Below are positions 54,670 to 61,187 of a stretch of DNA of 64,000 nucleotides, one piece after another. This DNA comes from Planctomycetales bacterium (GTDB taxonomy: Bacteria; 4484-113; JAFGCY01): positions 1,495,149-1,559,148 of the forward strand of contig CP060262.1 in NCBI GenBank assembly GCA_022646745.1, written 5' to 3'. Position 1 is the stretch's first letter, and the number at the start of each line of letters is the position of its first letter. The notes beneath the pieces were generated by a model that was not told where the DNA came from, searched no databases, and was given only the letters and a program-made list of their open reading frames with translations. A program made the position numbers and the translations under genes.

Positions 54670-55023
54670 TTACTCCTGGCTCCAGATGCCGACGCAGGTG
54701 CCGCTCGGATCAAGGAACAGGGCAAAGCTGCCGTGCTCATCGGAAATCTTGGTCTTCGGCATCACCTGGGTGCCGCCGTTGGCCGTGATCGTGCCGAGCA
54801 TCTCGTCAATGTTGTCAACATGGATGTAGATCAGCGTGCGCTGCAGCTCAGGCGTCTTCTCCTCAACACGGAAACCGCCGCCCAGCTCACCCTCCGCCGG
54901 AACCCAGCCGCCGTAGTTGGGCATCAGGTCGTTGCACTGCCAGTTGAACACCTTGCTGTAGAAGTCCTTGGTGCCCTCCAGGTCGTGGGAGACGATTTCG
55001 ATATGACAGATCTTGTGTGCCAT
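54670..55023 (-). CDS. VOC family protein
   Basis: ICHIEIVSHDL..FYSKVFNW; PSGTCVGI. Confidence 0.7.
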   Translation of the reverse strand: MAHKICHIEIVSHDLEGTKDFYSKVFNWQCNDLMPNYGGWVPAEGELGGGFRVEEKTPELQRTLIYIHVDNIDEMLGTITANGGTQVMPKTKISDEHGSFALFLDPSGTCVGIWSQE

Positions 55024-55107
55024 CTTGTTTTCCTACCTCTCTATATGAATATGGTGTGGTTTGCATGCATCGCCCCGCCCGCTGGGCAGGACGTTCAATG
55101 CACATTG

Positions 55108-55638
55108 TCAGTGGTTGTGGCCCGCATGCGGGTCCGCTTCAGCGGCGGCTTCCTCAAGCTCCGGATGGGGCATTGAGGCTTCGGACGCGAACAGGCCGAG
55201 CAGGTTGCCATGCGGGTCGTGGAACATGCCGATGAAGCCCTCGCCGACATAGACCTCCATCCCGCTTGGCACGCCGCCGGCAGCCTCGATCGCCACGTAG
55301 GCATCGGAGATGTTCTCCGTGTAGATGTAGAGCACGACACCGCCGTCCATCGGCGGGGCGTCCACGGTGAATCCACCCATGCCGCTGCCGCCATCGCTCC
55401 AGAACATGTATTCCATGCCCTCCGGTCCCGGCACGGTGGTCCAGCCGAACACGTTGCCATAGAAGGCGGCGGACTCATCCAGGTTGAGGCTCGGGATCTC
55501 CATGTGCACGATCTGGCCCGGGGCGGGGTTCCACTCCGGCATCGGTGCATCGGATCCGGCCTCCTGGGCAAACGCCAGGCACGACATCAACAGCAGCGCA
55601 CAGAGCGCCGTCAACAGGTAACGCATTTTCCTAACCAT
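55108..55638 (-). CDS. VOC family protein with signal peptide (secreted or periplasmic)
   Basis: Signal peptide LLTALCALLLMSCLAFAQ. HMEIPSLNL..FYGNVFGW; PHGNLLGL. Confidence 0.65.
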   Translation of the reverse strand: MVRKMRYLLTALCALLLMSCLAFAQEAGSDAPMPEWNPAPGQIVHMEIPSLNLDESAAFYGNVFGWTTVPGPEGMEYMFWSDGGSGMGGFTVDAPPMDGGVVLYIYTENISDAYVAIEAAGGVPSGMEVYVGEGFIGMFHDPHGNLLGLFASEASMPHPELEEAAAEADPHAGHNH

Positions 55639-55697
55639 CCTTTCTATATTGCCAACGGGACCTTCCCGCCGGCGAAAATGCCAGATTCAGCCGGTTG

Positions 55698-56222
55698 TCA
55701 GCCGTTCGGGCTGATCAGTCCGAGCATGTTCCCCTGGGGATCGTTGAACAGCCCGACAGTCGCCTTGCCGCCCTCGATCTCCATCGTGAAGTCGATCGAC
55801 CGCCCGCCGGCGCGGTTGATCCGCTTGAAGCTCTCCTTGATGTCATCGCTGAACAGGTAGATCACCACGCCCCGGCCATCGCCGGGTGCCACGAAGCTGG
55901 TGATCCCGCCGGTGTTGCCGGCCGGATCCTCCCAGTTGAGGATCTTCCCGTTGGTCTCCTCGTTGTCGGTGATGTTCCAGCCGAACACCTCGCTGTAGAA
56001 CTCGCGGGATTCCTCCAGGTCATTGGACGGAATGTCCACCCGGATCATTGCGCCATCCACCATGCCGGGGATCTGCGCCGCCATCTCGCGGCCAGTCAGT
56101 TCCCCGGCTGCGGCAGGCTCAGCCTCAGCGGCTTCACCATCCTGGGCCTGCACCCGGTTTAAGCCGAGCAGCATCAGCAGGCAGAGCAGTACGAGCAGGT
56201 TCAGTGAATAGAGAACTTTCAT
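55698..56222 (-). CDS. VOC family protein with signal peptide
   Basis: Signal peptide LLVLLCLLMLLGLNRVQAQ. FYSEVFGW; PQGNMLGL. Confidence 0.65.
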   Translation of the reverse strand: MKVLYSLNLLVLLCLLMLLGLNRVQAQDGEAAEAEPAAAGELTGREMAAQIPGMVDGAMIRVDIPSNDLEESREFYSEVFGWNITDNEETNGKILNWEDPAGNTGGITSFVAPGDGRGVVIYLFSDDIKESFKRINRAGGRSIDFTMEIEGGKATVGLFNDPQGNMLGLISPNG

Positions 56223-56310
56223 GATTCAGAATTCCCGAATGACTTAACTATACACATGTTAGGCGATAAATGCAATAGCATTCACCACTCATTATGTATA
56301 TTCCACAGCG

Positions 56311-56820
56311 CTACTTGTTCATCTCCTCCAGCTTGCGCCAGTCGAGGTCATCCTCCACCCAGTGGCGCAGGGACTTCAGCAGGCCGACACTCCCTTCGGT
56401 ACGCCCGTCAAGCATCTGCTGGGTGATGTGGCCCATCATCTCGCCGCGCGTGCGCAGCAGGGTACCGCCGTCCTGCTCCGTCAGCTTCCATAGACCCCCG
56501 CTGTTGATCGCTCCGAACATTCCCCACTGGCCAACGGCGGCAAAGGCGTTCGGCGGGTCGCAGTAGGTGACCATTCCATAGAGCGCGCCATTGCCCTTGT
56601 CATCAAAGCGCTCTTCCCAGCGTCCCATCACGCGCGGCTCGATCACGACGATGCTGCCCGGCTTGAAGCGGTGCGGCCACCAGTTGTCCATCCCGTCGAT
56701 GATCTTCTCCCAGGCCCTGCCGATCGGCGCGCGCAGGAAGATCTCATACTCGGAGCTGACCAGTTCGACACTGAGCGGGTCCTTGAACTTGAAATCGACT
56801 TCACGGTTTGCGGTATCCAT
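56311..56820 (-). CDS. SRPBCC (Aha1-like) domain protein
   Basis: RAPIGRAWEKI..WW SRPBCC pattern. Confidence 0.6.
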   Translation of the reverse strand: MDTANREVDFKFKDPLSVELVSSEYEIFLRAPIGRAWEKIIDGMDNWWPHRFKPGSIVVIEPRVMGRWEERFDDKGNGALYGMVTYCDPPNAFAAVGQWGMFGAINSGGLWKLTEQDGGTLLRTRGEMMGHITQQMLDGRTEGSVGLLKSLRHWVEDDLDWRKLEEMNK

Positions 56821-56843
56821 TTACATTTCCTCCATGTTCGCGT

Positions 56844-57320
56844 TCAGGCCTGCCCGCCCTCGAGCAGGGCCTTCAGCTTCCCTTCATAGACTTCTGCGCT
56901 GCCGGCCAGCATGTTGGCGATCATCTTCTGGGACACGTCGCCGGCGGCCAGCGTCACCTCGCGCAGCAGGGTGCCGCCGTCCTTCTCCTCGAGCTCGAGG
57001 TCGAAGATGAAGTGCACGGCCTTCAGCATGCCGACATTGCCGCTGTAGCGCAACCGGTAGGGCGGCAGGATCATCTCCACCGTGCCGTACAGCACCCCGT
57101 TGCCACTTTCATCGAACTGCTCGAAGAAGCGGCCACCGATGCGCGGCTCGAGGATGATGCTGTGCGGGTTCTCGCTCCAGGTATGGGTCCAGTACAGATG
57201 CGGTTCCTCCACGAGTGCGCGGAAGGTACGCTCCACCGGGGCGTTGATGAACACCTCATAGTCGATGCGGAACCTGCCGACCTCGCTGAGCACCTGGTGT
57301 GTATCTGTTGTCATTTCCAT
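56844..57320 (-). CDS. SRPBCC (Aha1-like) domain protein
   Basis: INAPVERTFRALVEE..W; GVLYGTV. Confidence 0.6.
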   Translation of the reverse strand: MEMTTDTHQVLSEVGRFRIDYEVFINAPVERTFRALVEEPHLYWTHTWSENPHSIILEPRIGGRFFEQFDESGNGVLYGTVEMILPPYRLRYSGNVGMLKAVHFIFDLELEEKDGGTLLREVTLAAGDVSQKMIANMLAGSAEVYEGKLKALLEGGQA

Positions 57321-57362
57321 AACCGCCTTGTATTCGTAGTGGCGCTGCCCCGCGCCCCGTCC

Positions 57363-57941
57363 TCAGGCCAGTCGCTCGACAGGAGCCCCGGCCATGCGCA
57401 GCATCGTCTGGGTCACCGTGCGGTGCCCGTTCTCATGGGCCAAAAGGAAGAACAGCGCGCTGCCCAGCGTGCCCGGCCCCTTGGCCTCCAGCTGACTGGT
57501 GTCCTCGCCCTTCTCCCGCATGGCTGCCAGCGCCTTCTCCCAGGCCGCGACCGTGCCTGCAGTCGGCAGGGGCAGCTCGCCCATCGGCCGTTCGATCCAG
57601 GGCTGCACAAGCTTCCGGCTGGATTCCAGTGCTTCCATCACCTCACTGTGGCTGCCGGTCCGGAAGGTCCAGGGCTGGTCGATACCCGGATAGGGCCCGG
57701 CCCAGCGTTCGTAGGCATGCTCCTCCGTCCCGAGCTGCGAGACGATCCACATCCGGATGTCCGTGATGTGCATCAGCTGCTCACCGAGGCTGAAGGCGAA
57801 GTCGCCCGCCGGGAACTCCGGCCGCCAGTCCAGAAGCTCCGGTGTCACGAAGCCGGCTATCTTCTGCGTGTAGTCCAGCATCACGCCGATGCTCCAGATC
57901 GCATCGCAGATCCTCATTTCCGCCGTGTTGTGTGTTGTCAT
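57363..57941 (-). CDS. DinB/YfiT-like (DinB_2) metal-dependent hydrolase-fold protein
   Basis: H..(D/E) triad-like pattern (LGEQLMHITDIR..HENGHR). Confidence 0.55.
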   Translation of the reverse strand: MTTHNTAEMRICDAIWSIGVMLDYTQKIAGFVTPELLDWRPEFPAGDFAFSLGEQLMHITDIRMWIVSQLGTEEHAYERWAGPYPGIDQPWTFRTGSHSEVMEALESSRKLVQPWIERPMGELPLPTAGTVAAWEKALAAMREKGEDTSQLEAKGPGTLGSALFFLLAHENGHRTVTQTMLRMAGAPVERLA

Positions 57942-57964
57942 TTCAGGTTCCTTTCAGGTATGTC

Positions 57965-58537
57965 TCAGTTGCGATCGGCTGCCGCGCCCTGCGGCCGCAC
58001 CATGAAGGCCAGCACCACCCCGGCCAGCGTCCAGCTGACCATGCTGTCCATCAGCTGCAGCACCGTATGGCGCATCGGGAAGTGGTAGAAGCCGCCATCC
58101 ACCCACTGCGTGCAGAAGAAGGCTGCTGCCCCGAACAGAGTGCAGAACAGGATCCGTCCCGCGCGGCTGGAGCCTGCCGGCAGCACGCTGACGAAGATGG
58201 CAACGAGGATGCCGGCCACGATGCAGCCCAGCAGGCCGCGGATGTAGGCCCAGGGGTTTGACATGTCAAAGCCGCCGGCGCTGAAGGACATAATGCCGAT
58301 GTTCGGCACGCTCTTGGCAAGCTCCATGTACTCCCCCTGCTCCATGCCCTCGTAGCTCGGGTAGTAGTTCAGCCCGTCCTTCGCACCATGCTGGATCAGC
58401 AGGGCGTCGATCTGGGCATCGTGCTTGATTCCGTTGAGGCTTTCACCGTGGAATGGCAGCGCCATCCAGGAAATCGTCAGCCAGATGAAGATCACGAGGC
58501 CAGCCAGCGCCCCCGCAATGATGTTCATGACATTCAT
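57965..58537 (-). CDS. hypothetical membrane protein
   Basis: Four hydrophobic helices. ATG at 58537; the ORF extends to 58579. Confidence 0.4.
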   Translation of the reverse strand: MNVMNIIAGALAGLVIFIWLTISWMALPFHGESLNGIKHDAQIDALLIQHGAKDGLNYYPSYEGMEQGEYMELAKSVPNIGIMSFSAGGFDMSNPWAYIRGLLGCIVAGILVAIFVSVLPAGSSRAGRILFCTLFGAAAFFCTQWVDGGFYHFPMRHTVLQLMDSMVSWTLAGVVLAFMVRPQGAAADRN

Positions 58538-58585
58538 ATTCCCACTCCTGAACGAATTGTCCTGCCCTGATTCTGGCACATCCCG

Positions 58586-58933
58586 CTATTTCCCGTCCTT
58601 GTCATCCCTGTTGAGGTCCTTTTCCACATGGTCCTTCAGGCGCAGAAGCGAGCTGGACCACAGTTCGGCGTACGGACCCATCCAGCGCTCGTACACCTGC
58701 CGGATCGGCACCGTGTTCAGGTAGTTGAAGCGCTTGCGCCCCTCGCGCCTGACCAGCACCAGCCCCGCATCCGCCAGGATGCCAAGGTGCTTCATCACGG
58801 CAAAGCGCGAAAGTTCGTCGAAAGCCCCGCACAGCTGGCCTGTCGTCCTCGGCCCCGGCTTCAGCAGATCCAGGATCCTCCGCCTCGTCGGATCCGCCAG
58901 TGCCTTGAAGACTGCATCCAGCGCATCATCCAT
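58586..58933 (-). CDS. ArsR/SmtB-family transcriptional regulator
   Basis: HTH region LADPTRRRILDLL..TTGQLCGAFDELSRFAVMKHLGIL. First gene of the co-directional VOC/SRPBCC unit. Confidence 0.75.
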   Translation of the reverse strand: MDDALDAVFKALADPTRRRILDLLKPGPRTTGQLCGAFDELSRFAVMKHLGILADAGLVLVRREGRKRFNYLNTVPIRQVYERWMGPYAELWSSSLLRLKDHVEKDLNRDDKDGK

Positions 58934-59099
58934 GATATGTGACTAAAGGGTAACATATATTTCGGATGTGTCAAGGGCGGTGTGGGAAGTTGTTAGTGGA
59001 AGAAGTGATTAGTTCCTAGTAGCAGCGGCGCATCGCTGCTGCAACCCAGCCAGTCGGTGCTGCCTTCCGTTAGAATCCACTGGGTCAAAGGATCAGCTG

Positions 59100-61178
59100 A
59101 TGAGAGTGAATGGAACCTTATATGTGCTGCTGGCAGCCATACTGCTGGGCAGTGGCTGTGCAAGGGCAGGAGTGTCGGACTCGGCACAGGAGATCAACCC
59201 CACGCAGCAGATTGCACTTGCTGGCGCGGAATCCAGCCTTGGCATCCCCGCACCTACCGAGCTGCTGCGCATATCCAGCGCGGACCATCCCGGATTGCAG
59301 ATCAATGGCAGCGCATATTCCACGTCCTTCGGGCCGCAGCTTGTGGCTGGAAATGGGAACACTGCCATTTTCAGCCCGGACTGGAACCCGGGCGACAACG
59401 AATCGGCGATGCAGCCGGCCTGGGCGGCCTGGATGCTGGACCTGTCCGCTGAGACTGACACCAATGTGCTGAAGCTCAACTGGCTGAACGAGCCGCTTGA
59501 GGGTTACATCGCGCTGGCGGACTGGGGCAGTGACCGCTGGGTCTGGCGCAACTTAAGCAACCCGGCGGAGCTGGAGTTCATGCCATCCGCCTCCCTGCTG
59601 CATCCGGGTGACGACTTGCTGGCCTGCGTGGTCCTGGCAACGGGGCAGGACCAGTCCGTGCTGGCAGGCATCCAGGCGGTGTTCCGTGATGACGTGCCGG
59701 GCGGCTTCATCAATGATGGCAACCCGCTCGGGATGAACCTCGAGGGCCTGTCGGACTGGGGCCGCAGCATCCCGTTCACGGATGTGTTCAAGCTGTCGCG
59801 CAGCTGGATCCCGCAGGAGGCGGATGGCTGGACCTGGGACACCGGTGAGACGCTGGACATCGATGCCAACGGCTGGGTGGCCAGCCTTGAGCCGGGGCAG
59901 GCCGCCGGCAATGTGCTTGTCACCAACAACGCGGGCAACTATCCCGAGGGTGACTACATCTGCCTGTACGACGGCGAGGGCAGCATCAGCTGGGGCATCA
60001 ACGCCAGCCTCGTGAGCGAGGAGCCCGGCCGCCAGGTGGTACACATCACCCCCGGTGCTGACAACACGGCACACCTGAAGCTCACCGCCACCAACCCGTC
60101 TGACCCCGTGCGCAACATCCGCCTGCTCCTGCCCGGCCATGAGGCTGACTACGCAGGCAATGTCTGGAACCCGGAATTCGTTGCCACGCTCGAACCCTAT
60201 TCCAGCCTGCGCTTCATGGACATGATGAACACCAACGGCACGCAGGTCGAGCACTGGAGCGAACGCACCACGCCGCAGCATGCCAGCCAGGCCCGCAATG
60301 CCGGCATCTGCCTCGAATACATGGTGCTGCTTGCCAACCAGGCGCACAAGGATCCCTGGTTCTGCATGCCGCACCGCGCTGATGATGACTACATCACGCA
60401 GTTCGCCAGCATGGTGCGGGACACGCTGGACCCCGAGCTGCGCATCTACATTGAGTATTCCAATGAGGTCTGGAACGGTTCATTTCCGGCGGCCGGCTAT
60501 GCGCAGCAGCGCGGGCTGGAACTCGGCCTGTCGGAGAATGACTACGAGGCGCACCTGCGCTACTACTCGCAGCGTTCAGTCGAGATCTTCGCGATCTGGG
60601 AGGATGTCTTCGCCGGGCAGGAGGACAGGCTGGTGCGCGTGATCGCCGGCCAGCATGTCAACGCCTGGGCGGCGGACCAGATCCTCGACTGGCAGGATGC
60701 CTATGCCAAGGCGGACTGCTATGCCGTCGCGCCGTACTTCGGCGGCGGGATCGGCAACTCACCGAACGCCGATGCGGCCCTGACGATGTCACTGGCTGAG
60801 ATCGTGCAGTTCTGTGCGGACAGCCTGCCCCAGACCTATGCCACGATGCAGGAGAACGCGGAGGATGCGCACAGCCGCGGCTTGAAGCTGATTGCCTACG
60901 AGGGTGGCCAGCATATGGTGGGTTATGGCGAGTGGCAGAACAATGATGCGCTGACCGCCAAGCTGACCGCTGCCAACCGTGATCCCGGCATGCGCCAGGT
61001 CTACAAGGACTACCTGGACTACTGGACCCTGGCCGGCGGCGAGCGCTTCATGGCCTTTTCGCATATCGGCGGCTACGGTCGCTACGGCTCCTGGGGCGTG
61101 ATGGAACGCCTGGCACAGCCACTCAGTGAAAGTCCGAAGCTTGAAGGCCTGCTGGACTGGCTGGCCACACAGCCGTGA
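59100..61178 (+). CDS. lipoprotein, putative clan GH-A-like glycoside hydrolase (weak)
   Basis: Lipobox LGSGCA. SD AAAGGA. Candidate acid/base EYSNEVWN and nucleophile IAYEGGQH placement resembles the (beta/alpha)8 clan A. Assignment is tentative. Confidence 0.4.
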   Translation: MRVNGTLYVLLAAILLGSGCARAGVSDSAQEINPTQQIALAGAESSLGIPAPTELLRISSADHPGLQINGSAYSTSFGPQLVAGNGNTAIFSPDWNPGDNESAMQPAWAAWMLDLSAETDTNVLKLNWLNEPLEGYIALADWGSDRWVWRNLSNPAELEFMPSASLLHPGDDLLACVVLATGQDQSVLAGIQAVFRDDVPGGFINDGNPLGMNLEGLSDWGRSIPFTDVFKLSRSWIPQEADGWTWDTGETLDIDANGWVASLEPGQAAGNVLVTNNAGNYPEGDYICLYDGEGSISWGINASLVSEEPGRQVVHITPGADNTAHLKLTATNPSDPVRNIRLLLPGHEADYAGNVWNPEFVATLEPYSSLRFMDMMNTNGTQVEHWSERTTPQHASQARNAGICLEYMVLLANQAHKDPWFCMPHRADDDYITQFASMVRDTLDPELRIYIEYSNEVWNGSFPAAGYAQQRGLELGLSENDYEAHLRYYSQRSVEIFAIWEDVFAGQEDRLVRVIAGQHVNAWAADQILDWQDAYAKADCYAVAPYFGGGIGNSPNADAALTMSLAEIVQFCADSLPQTYATMQENAEDAHSRGLKLIAYEGGQHMVGYGEWQNNDALTAKLTAANRDPGMRQVYKDYLDYWTLAGGERFMAFSHIGGYGRYGSWGVMERLAQPLSESPKLEGLLDWLATQP

Positions 61179-61187
61179 GGGCCCGCA

